Counted from the first letter of the stretch, positions 38,477 to 52,983 are shown. The stretch: DNA of 64,000 nt from Bigelowiella natans CCMP2755 (GCA_000320545.1 ADNK01001145.1:43336-107335); one strand, 5' to 3'. Notes: generated by a model from the sequence alone, not told the origin. Program-made: numbers and translations.

Positions 38477-39481
38477 CCGAGATATATTTGAGCGAGAGTT
38501 TATTCGTGATTTACAATTTTTCCTGAATTTGATTAGAAGTGTTCGACAGCAAATGACGCCTCTGCTAGGGCCTAATTTTAGTTTTGCAATTATTTCTTAT
38601 CTCTGATTTTCTGTTATTTCATCTATGACTTCACCATTCTCACCCATCACTTGCGTGGCTTCCAGCTTCCAGCTTCCTCGATACGGAATATTTTGGATGA
38701 GACTGTCCCATTAGTTAAACGAATGAGCAAATTCGCTTGATTTTGGCGTATTTCGTTACTAGCGAGCGATGCGCGCATGCAGATAGAAGTAAATTTGGAT
38801 TTTTTTTAAAACATGTAACCCTGAAAGTATAGTCATTTTTTCAAAATCATGCAAAACATCGGTATTATTAACACTGACATGGCGAGGCACGACATAATAG
38901 TCGTACAATCATACGTCTAGACTTACAATCAATTCACTTACGACAAGTCTAAACCTGTACGTGCTAGCGTGTGCTACTGCACTTATCTCTAGTGTCCATG
39001 CGGCAAATTGTCAGATTGCTAGATTGAAGGAATTATTCTCGCTCATTCGCGCCACATATGTATGTTTAACTAAATAAAGCGCGTCGGTCTGTCGTATATA
39101 TCGCGCTAGCCCTGGATAGGCGCAGGGATTTTTTGCATGTCTAGATGTGCCACGCTGCCTCGATCCGTACACATAGCTCTAGAGCTAGATAGCTAGAGTC
39201 GCATGCTTTGTCCTGTGTTCCACAAGTTTCCGTACAGATGCATATAGCTTTCTTGCGTATTATCAAGAATGCCTATCGCCCTGCCGTCTGTTAGAATGTT
39301 AGATCGCAGCGCCAGGATTGCTTCACTGCGCGCTGTGACCATGATCCATGCATGCAAACAGACTATGCTAAGAACCGCAACACACTTGAAGTTTATAAAG
39401 ACATAACTCTAGAGCATGGATTCGTCGTTTTGCTATGAATGCTAGCGCGTGTGCCAAGGAAAATCAGAAAATGCTCGTCGT

Positions 39482-39574
39482 TCAGCAATTCTCCTCTTGC
39501 CAAGCCACGAGACGATCCATGAGCTCTTTCTTCGTCCCTTGGATTGATAGCTGCCAAATAGTGAGATGTTTAGA

Positions 39575-39617
<43 letters not shown>

Positions 39618-40314
39618 TATCAGGCATGCTCATGATCATTTCCGAAACATGGCTCGTTACGTTTCTGGAGAAAACATGAGTGATATGTCTAGTGGACAAC
39701 AAATATCGATCGAACACAGATGGATAGTGCTCACAAATGATGATGATGCTACCCCTCTTTCCTGCAGTTTGTCCTTCAGCACATGGGGCTTCATTCTCTT
39801 TATCTAAGGTCAAGGAAACAGTCCTTTGTCACGCAACGTAATCATCTCCGGGCCCCGCCCCCTCACCACCCCCCACCCTACGTGGGTTTGATTTATTCTG
39901 AAAAGGAAACAACGAACGTACCACATGCGCCTTGATCTTTGGGAAATCTGCACTTGCTTTCTTAGATTTGGAGGAAGAATCCTTGGCTTTTGCATCCTCC
40001 TCTCCCCCCTCTTCCTCCTGGGTTAGAAATTACGGAATAGCATAAATAAGTACAAACTGTAAGCATGCTATTTTACTATAATATAAATTCATACACGTAA
40101 ATGTCTTCAATTACGACGCGACCTCTTCCTTCTCCTTGAGCGAGAGTTGTGCATACTTTTTCGTAATGGCCTCAAGCAGCTTCAGCTCATTTCCTTGGAA
40201 TCTGGGGAGGGAGACAACCGAGAATTGGACGGGAGAAAATCAATCAAACGCAGAGAATCCTCCTTTTTTACATGGCAGCTATTATACCATTAAGAAGCAA
40301 ATATTACCCCGACC

Positions 40315-40356
<42 letters not shown>

Positions 40357-40778
40357 ACAAACCTTTCTTCGCTTATGCCCCCCCCTCTATACCAAACCCT
40401 TGCTCACGCATTACTTGTCCATAAGACGCGCGACGTCTCCTAATTTCTCCGGGTTATGCTTCTCATATATCTTTTTGATTTTTGCCTCGACTTGGCCTGT
40501 GCATTTAGACAACTCAGGGACAGCATGGCTACTGATCGTTGGAACTTGTTTCGTTGTCTAAGGAGTGTGTTGCAATCGAGCTCGAAGCTTTCCAAGCACG
40601 ACGAGCGTCTTATTTTTGAATCCGTATCATTATAATAATATAACTTACCAACGTATTTCTTCTTGATAGCATTGTAGAGCTAGAGAAGGTGAGTAGGTGG
40701 GGGTAAGGAGCAGGCAGGTATAGCATAGTGAGAAAATACTGTTAAGCATTAGTGTGATATTGCTAGTGTGAGAGTTTT

Positions 40779-40817
<39 letters not shown>

Positions 40818-41169
40818 TTATATCAAAACACATATTTATATCAAAACTAGCTGAGGAAATCCTCAATGGGGGGTTGGGGATTGTTACACCTTGTCTTCGT
40901 TTCCTTTGTACTGCCCCATCAGCCGAGCAACATCGCCAACCTTCTCCGGGTTGTATTGCTTATACAGGCCCACGATCTTCTTTCGATACATCTCCACTTC
41001 CTTTCAACGCATGATGATGGCGACAATAAATGGGGATGTTATTATCCGAATAAACTAAAACGACGGACAACGGCAGGAATGGCTATCGAAATGTACCGAA
41101 CGGTCAGAGCGTAGTAGCGGCAGTGTGGAGTTGATTATGATTTAGTAAGGTCCAACCACACAAACACGA

Positions 41170-41209
<40 letters not shown>

Positions 41210-41811
41210 AAGAGAGTGAGAGAGAGAGAGAGAGTCACAGCATATATTACTAGCTGCCATCAAATTTTGTAAGGTAACTACCGCAGAATTGTCCTCTTCC
41301 TCCTCTTCCTCTCCTTCAGGTTCTTCCTTCACAGTACCAAGTTCCTTAGACTCATCTTCTTCATCTTCATCCTCGTCTTCGTCGCCCCGCCTCTGCCTTG
41401 CCAGCTCCTTCTCCTGTTCTTCTCTTTCGAATTTTTGGATATCCTTTCAGAGGAGGGGGGGGTTGGGGGCAAGCTTATTGAGGCAGCAACACATGTGAAG
41501 TCGAGATGAAGAGGACAATATTTGTTTTGACAGAAACGCAAATTTCAGTGCAATGGTGTGGCGTCACCTCCGCGCAATATGCGACTCTCCTCTCTCCAGA
41601 GCCTCTGCCACTGCGCTTGCCCCTTCCACGACTGCTTTTTCCTCTTCCTCTTCCTGAAGACGAAGAAGAGATGCTGTGTCAGATTCTCATCTTCACAAAA
41701 TATGCAAAAACAAATTGATCCAGCTGAAAGCCCCCTCCCCCGCCCATCAAGAAACGTACCCCCTCCCCGGCCTCGGCCTCTCCCACGGCCCATGTTCTTC
41801 TTCTTCGCCAT
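39482..41811 (-). CDS. RGG-rich/acidic protein with two helical repeats and a C-terminal SAP domain
   Basis: Spliced: MAKKKNMGRGRGRGRGG|GRGRGKSSRG...VAYCAE|DIQKFEREEQ(acidic)...|YRKKIVGLYKQYNPEKVGDVARLMGQYKGNEDK|LYNAIKKKY...|IKKIYEKHNPEKLGDVARLMDK|FQGNELKLLEAITKKY...|IKRMKPHVLKDKLQERG|LSIQGTKKELMDRLVAWQEENC*. Confidence 0.75.
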
Positions 41812-43202
41812 CTTTTCTGGGAAAAATACGAAATGTGGTCTGAGAAAGGAAAAAAGAGGGATGTTTTTCGTTGCGACAACATCCCAAACCGTTTTCTAAT
41901 CTCAAAAGGGCCTGACGCCCGAAGAACAATGTTGATGTTTTCTTGAAAATGTTCATGTCGCACTGTGGTTCTTGCCGACGTGCGAGGCAGTTTTGCGACA
42001 ATGCCAATTCAATGTCACTAGGGCTGCCTGTCAGCGGTGGTGCCATTGTTCATCGCGCACGACTGGTTTCAACAATGACAACCAACACCAACAGGGTGCT
42101 GACAAATCCTCACAAGGATTTTTGTTTGCAGGTGCTGCTCTGTGCAAATGCTTGTTTCCCGTCTCTGGGTCTAGCCGTCTAGCTAGCTAGCCGTGTGGTT
42201 TTTGTGCGTGTGCGTGGTTTTTGCATCGATCGAGTGAAGTTTGGTGTTCAACGTTCAATGGTGCGTTCGCACGGCTCGCTGCTGCGTGCGAACACTTGCC
42301 CTTGTGAATGAAAGAAGTCGGTGCACATCCCGATGACACAAAGGGTGCTGGGTGAGTTGACTTTTGCAAAAAGTGCTTCGCCCATGCATCAGCCGTGTTG
42401 ACACGATGGTGGATGACTGCTGTGACAATAGACATACGTATATATCATATATATTGTCTATAGTTGTGTTGTGTCCACAACGAGTGGCAGACACAGAAAA
42501 ATGCAACTCGGAACATCAAGAAGTGACTTGGCAACATGGCAGCTGGGACTAGCTAGCTAGGGGACATCATCAACACCACAAGACCACTGCGGACCAAGCC
42601 AGCAGCCTAGCAAGTGCGATCAGCAGAACGCGTGACGATGTCCTGTCTTACCGCTGACTCAAACGATCTCAATTGGCAACCATATCGCACGTCAGTTTTT
42701 CGTCTGATGCAGCAATGCGCACAACCAACCAAGCTGGCAAGCACGGGAGTCACTCGGCCGGCAGGACCCTGACCACGTCTCTCAACTCGCTAGCTCGTCA
42801 GCTGTGAGCGAGTGAATGCTCGGCACGTCCCCATTGCTAGGCTGCCATGTCCACAATTGTGCACCGCTGACGAAGGTGATGAGCACGACAAACTGCAAAC
42901 CAGACAGGACAATCAGATGGACATTCACGCGCAATTTTGCAATGCGACTTTTTCCGATTCCTCTTCTGATCGATTGGAAATTGCGATGACGACATGGCCT
43001 TGCACGCAAGGCAGAGGCTAGCAGAGGGGCAGACGTGTCATGCATGCTAGCATGGGATGATCTCGATGTCACGTTCAGCATGAGCATCTCCAGAAAATTG
43101 AAAACATGCAATTTCAACGTCCAATCAACACACTAGCACAGTATGTTTCTCCGATCACATGTGCATGAATCAAATCATGCTTCGACTTCGACAGTCTGTT
43201 CG

Positions 43203-43503
43203 TCATGTATTCTTCGAATTCGCATTCATCTTCGCTTGAAAGTCCTTCAGTCTAAAAGACGGAACTTGGCCTTCGACTAGAATGCCCTCCCACTGATTGC
43301 ACAAAGACGTGAATGGAATGTTGTCATGATAATCTTCATGTGGCAACGAATTCATGAGAAATAAATGCACATCTGTTGGACACGGGAGGTGTGCGCACGT
43401 GAGATTTTCAGTATGACATGTGATGCACTTACCTTCGCTCTAGCTGCAGGAACATACCAGTTAAAGTAGAAGTCATGTAACGAAGGAAGCAGACTGCAGA
43501 TAA

Positions 43504-43534
<31 letters not shown>

Positions 43535-44660
43535 TACACACTGTAAATGTAGTAGCATGTACATGCACGTACGTATACACGGATGTCTTCATAAAAGACA
43601 AAACAACTGGAAAAACCAATCCCCCTATTTCAAGCGTTTGTGTGTCAACTCCGCTCGTTATTACTGTTGCTCAAAATACTGGCGGTCGAAGGCGTAGCGA
43701 CGAATCTTTGTATCACCACAGACAAAACGAAGAACGAGAATGGAAACGAAATGAACAACATAAATCGTTGACCCAAAAATTGAGACAGCAAGAGGGGCAT
43801 GGGTGAGATGTAGGATAAGATGAACGAAAAGATAATTGAATTCATGGTAGGAGGGAAACCAACTGAGATCGTCTATAACATGTCAGCATTGATGCATACA
43901 TTTATTTATACACACTTGTATAATGGTGCGAGAATCATACCTGCGTGCCTGATGGAGTATACACTACGAAATCTGCCCACTCAAGGCCGAGCAAACCCAT
44001 AGCACCTACATGATAATATCGGAATAGTTCGCCAGTCGGAAAGTAAGCGCCATTCAACTGCTAAGGGCAGTGAGTTATATGCATCGAACATAGGGTCCAA
44101 ATATGGGCAGGAGGAGGAGGAGGAGAAGAAGAAGAAGAAGAAGACATCCAAAGACAACTACTGTATTCAACGCACAATCACCCGTGATTTGATCGTAGTA
44201 GTATGGCGGAATAGGAGCTCGGAGACCGTTCGGAAGGTTCACCTGCAGAAGGAGTAAAGACAAATGAAACTTGAGAACGATTAACCACCTCCCCGCCCCC
44301 CCCCCCCCCCCCCCTCCATAGACTCTGGAATCTCACCTCAGGATAAAACGAATTGTGCCCTGGGTTTCGTCCTCTGAAGAAAGGGAGGGAAGTCGTTTCA
44401 GGCGTGGCCATCAGCAAGCTCATAACAAAATGATATTTTGCTGTTAAGAGTTTCTGTGCATGAAGGCATTGGTATATACTCTCCCCTTTCCTCCTTGTTC
44501 GCCTCCCCACCAGGACCCTTCTATGCATCATAAACCCAGCATCACCGCATTGAGAAAGGGCACTTAATCTCCAGCAGACCGACGCTCCAACTGCCGTCTG
44601 GACGCTAGAAAGCCAACCGAAGTACCAAGGGATCATTCATTGCAAATAATTTTACATATA

Positions 44661-44701
<41 letters not shown>

Positions 44702-44793
44702 GCGCTAGCCTCTCACACCTGTTCATGCACGATTCCATCTGGCGACACTCCCAGCCATGGATACTGTCGCGAAACGACCTGCATTGTTCATAG

Positions 44794-44836
<43 letters not shown>

Positions 44837-45012
44837 AACAAGTCATACCAAGCCCTTGTGTTCCACATGGAAGCCCTTAAAGCGCTGTTCTGCTCGCATT
44901 TCAATTTCTGCCATACGTGAGCTCTCGTACACGGAGCAGGCGATGTCCTCATTTAAATTGCCGTATCTGGTTGCAGCGTTACCCTGATCGATTTAGAATG
45001 AACTTTTACACA

Positions 45013-45062
<50 letters not shown>

Positions 45063-45700
45063 TTTGTGTGTTGATTTTGATGGGAGGAGGACGAATGAAA
45101 TCTCTACGAAGATCAAATAAATCGTCATAAGTTGCAACGAAGGGGGGAAATCGCTGTCTTCCTGACCTCGAACCCGCTCCAGAGCATCTGCGCTAACAAG
45201 CCGTCTCGCGAACAGTAGGAGTTATGCTTTGCTGCAGCACCGAAGTTGGACCTATGAAATCAATCCAAAGGTAATTCTTCTCGAAACTACTACTCCAAAC
45301 AACAACAAGTCGCGCTGCGTCTCTATTCTACACCGGACTTCTTCGTTTACGATTCATTGTACTGTACACGACCAAACACCATGTACATAACACTGCCCAA
45401 AAGCCTGCTTCTTCTCTCCGCAGCAAACCGACCCTGTGAGACGATGTTTCCTCTCGAGCAGCCAAACGGGGTGGGCGTCTTAGTAATAATTCAGAGAACA
45501 ACGACTGCCATCAAAAAGAACCGGAATAATCGCTACGTGATTTTTAGGTGATTTTACGTGATTTTTACGATATTCGCGTTCGAGTTACGAGCATCATCGC
45601 TATGCATAAATCTTTCAGTGCTGTGCGTTGACCTCCGTTAGCTAAGTGTTGCGGCAGGCTCTGTATGCGGTCTCGCTCTGAATCGCTGAAAGACTACTCG
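43203..45700 (-). CDS. YqaJ-like viral recombinase / lambda-exonuclease family PD-(D/E)XK nuclease domain; at least 10 exons
   Basis: Spliced: WLLERKHRLTG|SNFGAAAKHNSYCSRDGLLAQMLWSGFE|GNAATRYGNLNEDIACSVYE...GL|VVSRQYPWLGVSPDGIVHE...|VGLLEIKCPF...|IPPYYYDQIT|GAMGLLGLEWADFVVYTP...|RQYFEQHLLPSLHDFYFNWYVP. Motifs I, II (SPDG), III (EIK) and the Q/Y motif are all present. Confidence 0.9.
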
Positions 45701-45949
45701 ACGACGAGGATTCCCGCCAGAAAACATGCGATATTATTCATTCCATGATGAGTGATGCAGCGGACAACATGGGTTGTTTTGGGGAAAAGAAAAAAGAATC
45801 ATTTCATTCAAAGGGCGACAAACGAGACTAAATGAGAGATCCCAGAATAGCAATCACGTTGACGAGGATGATGATGATGATGATGACGATGATCATGATG
45901 ATGCTCGTGGCAGGTATATCACATCGGTGGCTCGCACAAAAGCACATGC

Positions 45950-46352
45950 AGATACTCCTTCCGTCTACGAGAAAGGATGGAGGCCATGACCACCCGAAAC
46001 GTGCTTTGGTGTACAGAATTGTTGGAAACGCTCTATCTTCGCGTACGTTCATCCTGAAGAGAAATACGTCGATAGGCTCCTCGGTTTGCAGCGCTGTAAC
46101 ATCACGAGACGATAGTCCGTATGACCGCAAATCTACAACGAATTATTTCCAAGGACTTGGCAAATGCTCTCACCTAGAGAGCTGTGATGTATGTGGCGCT
46201 ATGTTTGTGTTTCTTCAGCTGCAATAACTAGCTGCTGCGCTGCTGCGGCATTAACAAGAAAAACGGATTTTGTGATTTTCTCGATGCGGCTTGTGCTTTC
46301 GCGTGCTATTTGCGAAACTAGACTCTCAGTCATTTTCATCAAACATTTCCTA

Positions 46353-46391
<39 letters not shown>

Positions 46392-46935
46392 ATTGATATA
46401 TAAATAAAGAATGTTCATAATGCTGATGGTTTGTGACTGTTCTTACATTGAGAATCATAATCGACACGCCGTGTGAGTGTGCGGAGTTCCTGGCCTGCAG
46501 CACCAGAACAAAAATGCTCATTTAGAGTAGAACGAGATAGCAACCGTTTACGATTAGAGGGAGAGGGGGAGGTCAGGATCCGACTTTCTCTTTACAGGGA
46601 AGAATCAAGTGTTGGAATTGATTATCGTTGTTATTACTCATTATTATTATTGTAATTGTTCATCATTGTTTATTATAATTTTTTTGTAACTGTAGTTATC
46701 AATATCATTACAATTGCTACTTACTATTATTATTATCAATACATAATGACTACTATCATTATTTTAATAACCTAGGTCCAAACCCCAGCAGCATTCAGGC
46801 CATTGCACGCTGGCAGCAGAGCCGGCCGCAGACAAATCTGATAACACATCAAAGTATTCAAAGAGGAAGGCTCAGCTGTTTGAACAGCTGTCATTTGGTC
46901 TTCTTAACCTTCAAACGTTAATGCTGTGTAGGATG

Positions 46936-46973
<38 letters not shown>

Positions 46974-47065
46974 GCGCGCTTGTGAATTACCTTGTGATGG
47001 GGGAGGGATTGAGTATGATTTTGGCACCACAATGTTACCTGAAAACAGAGAGCAGTTGGTATCTC

Positions 47066-47110
<45 letters not shown>

Positions 47111-47511
47111 ATCTCCATGTGTGATACACAAGATTTGAGATCAAACAACGCCAATGCATGTATTTCCGAATCGTGTGTGTGTGTGTGTGTGTGTGTGCGC
47201 GTGTGTGTGTGTGTGTTTATATGTGCGTATTACTATAATTATAATTATATTCTATATATTATCCCCCCCCCCAAAAAAATCCAGAAAATATCGAATTGTT
47301 TCCGTTCTCTTGCACAGAGGCATCTCTGCGTAGCTAACTAGCCAAACACACAAATACTGCAATCGCACCGTGTGTTTGATTGTAAAGATACAAGCACCGC
47401 AGCACTCCCTCAATGCTGGCGGATTGAAATCGAAAGCGCGACACCCCTGCTAAGAGCACAGATTAGCACGGCGTATGGCCTCATATTGCGGATACTAGCC
47501 AGAGATGCAAT

Positions 47512-47559
<48 letters not shown>

Positions 47560-47985
47560 CATATTATAAAAATATTATAAATACATTATACATATTTGAG
47601 AGGGCGCGAACGAATAATGTAGCATGTACGTGCGACAACTGCAAGGATGCGTGTATTCTTTTTACCGTTTGCCCTTTGCGTGGCTATGTCAGACAACCTA
47701 CCAAACGAATTGCACACACACACACACACACACGTACTTGTATGAATGTATTCTTCCATAGCATTATTTATCGAGGAGCCCCCTTGCAGCCATCGCTCTG
47801 TGTGTGTCGGCACACACCTTCTCCCTGAGAGCTTTCTAGGGTCAAGAAACGATTGTTCTGATGCCTCCTGCGCGCCCCCCTCCTTCATCCTCTCTTCGAT
47901 GATGAGGAGCCTTCTCTCCAGGGCAAAGCAGATGGCGGACTCCCTGATGACACGAGCACGTGAATGCGTATGTTTCGCAATGTGC

Positions 47986-48017
<32 letters not shown>

Positions 48018-48602
48018 TGTTCTTGTGCGTGAATATGTGCTTTCTACTACCACATGAGGTTGCTCAGTGAGCCAGCATCTATATCGTCCTCTTCAAGGAT
48101 TTTCCTACTCGAAAGAGGGGAAGACAGGCATTATTTCACAAAATCAGCGTAGTCGGTGCTATCTCCCGTCCCTTTGTACCGATTGAATGCGACAAAAAGA
48201 ACCAAACATGTGTACTTTGTTGAAGCGATACAAGGAAAAGTACAACTAATTACCACAACAACAGCTACTACTACTATTACGAAGAGAGAAACAATTAGAC
48301 ATTTAAGATGACAGCAGCGGTCAGTGCGTGAGAGGGGCAATATATCTGTGACTTCTCTCCTTTCAAGCTAAGACAACCAAGCCATTGTAGTACTGCATTT
48401 TTGTATTACCAAGATCCCATGGTCCTTGCAGCTGCCCCCCCCCCTCTACATGTCATTGGGGTTGGCCGTCCTGCGTGAATGCAGCTACTATCCTCCACCC
48501 CGCCCCCCCTCGCTCCAGAATCGCTAATCGTAAATTCGGAGTCCTAGCGTGCAAGCAAAATGGGTGAAATCGAGAAGTCTCTGTGCAAGAGAGAGAGAGA
48601 GG

Positions 48603-48645
<43 letters not shown>

Positions 48646-49800
48646 GAGAAACGGAGGGCCTCCTCTACGATCTCCCACACCCCCGTCGCTCTAATTAACA
48701 GACCTTGTAGAACTCTTCGAACAGCTTCCGAAAAATGCCGGCTCTCACCACAACTCTGCTCCATTGCTGATCACCATTGCTCTTAGCCTCCTTCCGCTGC
48801 TCTTGCAGCCCATGATCCCTTACTCTGCTATTTGACCCGACTTTATCATCGGTCCTATCCCCCCCCACCCGCCCCGTCTCTCGCATATGAAGCTTGGATA
48901 TGGCGATAAGACCTCGGCTATTTTCAGAGTCGAAGTTTCCACCTGGGGACCGCATCAAGGGGGGGGGGGGGCGCCTTTCGTACCCTAGAACACCGACGCA
49001 GAGCTGTCCCCCTTCTCCTATTTTGGGTGTTGTTGCATTGTCGAGAGGATGAGCACAAACGGTTTTACACAGACCACCGCCAACGCACCTCCCACACTAC
49101 TATGCCTTTACCACCCGCCCACATCATCGTCGCTGTGTGCTTGACTCAAATTGTACTCTTATCATCACCACCTCGGTCGCACTGGAGGCGAGCTTCGAGC
49201 TCTACGTGCGATCTGCCAGCTCCACGACTCTTTCGGGCCAGAAGGAAGGCTGCAGCCTCCGTCCCCGCTTCGCCGGTTCCTATCAAACTTCTGCCATCCA
49301 TCTCGTCTCCCTTGCCGCTAGTATCACCCTGCTCTCTAAACTCGAATTTCAGCTTCGAGCTAAGGCGATTTTTTATGTTAATCGGCACTTCAAAGAGGGA
49401 AGAAGCGAGGGACGAGGATGCAGCGGGCGGTGCAGAAGCAAGCGGTGTCGATGCAGAGGTCTTACTGAGGAATTGCGTTATAGTTTTGGTCAGCTTACTG
49501 AATCACTTCCCTTTATTTGCCACGGGGGGGGGGAAGGGAAGGGATATAGATGTGTGCGGATTTAAAGAGACATCACGTGAACATACCGAGGCTTCTTTCC
49601 CCCGCCGAAAGAACATCCCATGTTATTTGCCCTGACACTGTTTGTCCCTGGCGAAAGGAATCGAAGACACGCTGCGACAGCAACAGAATACAGCCACCAC
49701 ACTCTCCATTGCCCTGTTCTCTTCACCCTTTGGGAAATCGGGTTGGAAATGAAGGAACTACGACGGCTGCTCATGGCTACTGATAGCACAGAAAAGGGGA
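45950..49800 (-). CDS. Unidentified coding exons: either the N-terminal part of the YqaJ gene or a separate hypothetical gene
   Basis: Several GT-AG-bounded coding-like blocks (DLRSYGLSSRDVTALQTEEPID; ESAICFALERRLLIIEERMKE; KILEEDDIDAGSLSNL; RVVVRAGIFRKLFEEFYK). No family recognised. Confidence 0.4.
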
Positions 49801-50376
49801 ATCATACTAAGACCAACGTGAACCAGGAGAGAGGAGGGGGAGGGCAAAAGGGATGGATAAATCGTTCGAAAACTGGCTGATGGTTTCAATTTGATGCAGC
49901 ATCAAGCGGCTGCTTGACGGTCAAGCAAAAGTCAGAACTCGAATTACGAGACCGATGACGAGCGTCTCGACACGACACCGCTCGCAGCCGTGCTAGCAGG
50001 GCGATCGCTCAGAATAATTCAATTATACCCTGCAAATGGAATCCACTAACGCTCTCCCCTCGTGCATTCTTGATCTCTTTCTCTCTCGAAGGAGCAGGCG
50101 AGCGTTCGCTTCAGGGACGGCTGGTGCGGGAACTGATCATGCCAGTTTCCGTTTGTCTGGAGCCGATGTTTCTCCGACAAGAAATGGCCTAGATTTATTC
50201 TTTGTCGCACGCCCTTCATTCGGTGGCTGCGACAAAGGATAGAGCTACGCCACAATTCATTTTCCCTCTACGACAAGCGGAAACTCATTATTTTGGTAAA
50301 ATATGCAGGCAATTTCTTTTTTTTTTCTGTGTTTTTGCTCTGGTTGATGGGCTTGACAAGCTCTTCCACTGTCGGG

Positions 50377-52232
50377 ATGGGGCTGCCGACAACCCCCCCA
50401 TGCCCGACGCGAGCCATGTTCCTCCTCGCCGCTGCCTCCCTAACAGCTCTCCTGGCCTTATCGCGAACATGGACGTCTTCATTTTCCTCGCGAAGAATTG
50501 GGAGGGGCGCAAGATTGGCGAGGCCATTGCGCGGTCTGAAGAGAGTTTCAGCACTCAGGGTAGAATAAAGAGGAGAAATGATTTGCTAACCTTAATCGAA
50601 TTTAAAAAAGTAACAGCCGTTCCGCCAATGACCTTGATGCTTATTGGACTGACATATTGTACGTACGTCTGCGTATTCCATGGGAATCGTGCTTGCAGGC
50701 GGGCGTTACTACTGACTTCCGGTCAAAACCACCTGTTCTTGTGACGAGGGAGAAAGGGAAAAACGATAAGCTAAGAAGAAGGCTTGAGGACCGCGGCGTG
50801 GAGGTCTTAGAGGTTCCATGTATTCAAGCAAAAGAGCTAGATGGAGCAAAACAGCTCCCAGAGGTAGGTACTGTGAAAGCAAAATATGGATACGCAACAG
50901 TGAGCGGATAACGAGCGTGTGTATGTCTGTGTGTGTGTTATTTACGTTTTGATTGTTATATAAGATATTTTGAAAATAAATAATCAATCCATTGCTTCAA
51001 TTTGGATAACTGTGTTTTTGTTAATTATAGCTTCTGAAAGGAGAGTGGGGCTGGATCGTTGTGACATCGCCAGAGGGTGCTAAGATCTTGGTAGTGTTTC
51101 CAATGATGATGTCTGTCGAAGACCTAGACGAAGAAAATGAAGAAGAATGCGAGTACTTAGAAACCACTTCAACTCCTAACATTCACCATCTGAGGTGGAG
51201 ATTGCCGGGCGCATTGTCGTCCTTAACGGCGCTGCTTCTTCTCAACTCACGTGCCAATTTTCTTCCCCACCCCCTTGGACAGTCTCAATATTGGGATGAG
51301 AGCGGTAGGCCAGATGTGCGTGTTGCCGCAGTTGGAGCTGCGACTGCGAAGATCGTCGAAAATGCTGGTAGAATTTTGTGTGTGTGTGTGTGTGTGTGTT
51401 TGTGTGTTTGCGCCTGTATGTAAATGTGTGGAACACTCATGAAATCGAAAATCTATGAAATATCATAACATTTCTATTTTGTGGCAATAGGCATTTCGAA
51501 CGTATTCATTCCCTCCAAAGCCCATGCAAAGGCGCTTGGAGATGAGCTGCCTCCCCCAAGTAATGAAGGGAAGAATAGTAACAAGATCCTATATCCGGTG
51601 TCTCAACTCGCAAAGTAATGTCGATTCTTGTCTTTGGTGTGAGTGTACATATTGCACCCTTTAATACTCTACACATGCTAACCTGTCCAGGGACGAGGTA
51701 GAGGTTCTCCTTGGGAAAAAAGGATATAATGTTCACCGCTTAGATTCCTACACAACATTACCGGCAGATTGGTCGGATGATGACGCCAAGGTGGCCGAGG
51801 AATTAAGCATATTAATAATTTTCACCGAAATAACATGCATCGTTCTCGAGCGAATTTTCTTGTGTTTCCTTAAATTAGGATTAGAGGCCTAACTTGTTGT
51901 TCTTATTGCAGATCGTAGCTTCCGCTAGGATCGTGACCTTCGGTTCCCCATCTGCAGTTCGTGTGTGGGCGAAGAGAGCCTCTGTTGATTCTCCAATAGG
52001 TCCAAATTACAGCATTTACTTTTTCACGTGTCGTCATAATTTCTCACTGGGTTTTTCCTGCAATTCTTCCCTCCCTCCAGCGGTCTGTATTGGAGGCACC
52101 TCAGCACGTGCATGCAAGGAAGCAGGATTTGCGCACATTGTGTATCCTGAAAAACCAGGCGTCGATACGTGGGCGGAAGAGGTGTTTGGAGTTCTAGAGA
52201 AGATAAAAACGACGACCACAGGTGCCGAATAA
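50377..52232 (+). CDS. hemD: Uroporphyrinogen III synthase (HemD/UROS), predicted plastid-targeted; multi-exon
   Basis: VLVTREKGKNDKLRRRLEDRGVEVLEVPCI, WIVVTSPEGAK, RVAAVGAATAK, FIPSKAHAKALGDELP, ILYPVSQLA, VHRLDSYTT, VTFGSPSAVRVW, AVCIGGTSARAC, YPEKPGVDTW. The N-terminal MFLLAAASLTALLALSRTWTSSFSSRRIGRG...LKRVSALR looks like a signal plus transit peptide. Confidence 0.93.
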
Positions 52233-52677
52233 TCTCTGGCAACCGATGATCTTTTTGCAGTTTCACAACGAAATACCCACAATTGCACACAATTCTAGAA
52301 TTGGACCTGCTAGCCTGCCGCTTGCTTGAATGATTAGATACATGTGCTTGGTTGTGCAACATTGCTAGATTGGTGCTACGACAATGTGCATGTGCTAGGT
52401 TGTGAAGAATTTGCACAATTTGTGACATTAATTGCACGCTGCACGCGACGCGTCCATTTTCTAGATTGTGAACAAGCAGACTGAACTCAAATGGCGTTCG
52501 TGTTTGTTTTGCACAGCACTTGTGAGAACAAACGTCTTCATTGTTTGTTGATCGATGAGATGGCAATGCAACGTTCATCAAGCACTAGAGCACGCTAGTA
52601 TGTCCTAATGTGTGGCTGTTGAAGTGATCGAAAAGTCCAAATCTCATTGTTTCCACGCATTGTGTGCAACAAGCTGG

Positions 52678-52713
<36 letters not shown>

Positions 52714-52906
52714 CGCACACCTAGACACCTAGACACTGCCAATGTTCAGACAGACGTGTGCGTGCACGGCGGTTCAAACAGGTGCCCACACACGCTGCTT
52801 GCATGCTGGCATGGTGGTACAAGTTGGCATGTGGTGGGACGCGTGCATTGACACTGCTGGATTTTGCCAATCTAGCAATGAGTGAAGACCAGAAGGAGAG
52901 AGATTG

Positions 52907-52983
<77 letters not shown>

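Noticed and set aside
39482-41811. Naming this gene PDAP1/PP28
   Set aside because: The N-terminus and SAP tail are reminiscent, but I could not find the conserved PP28 core, so no symbol is given.
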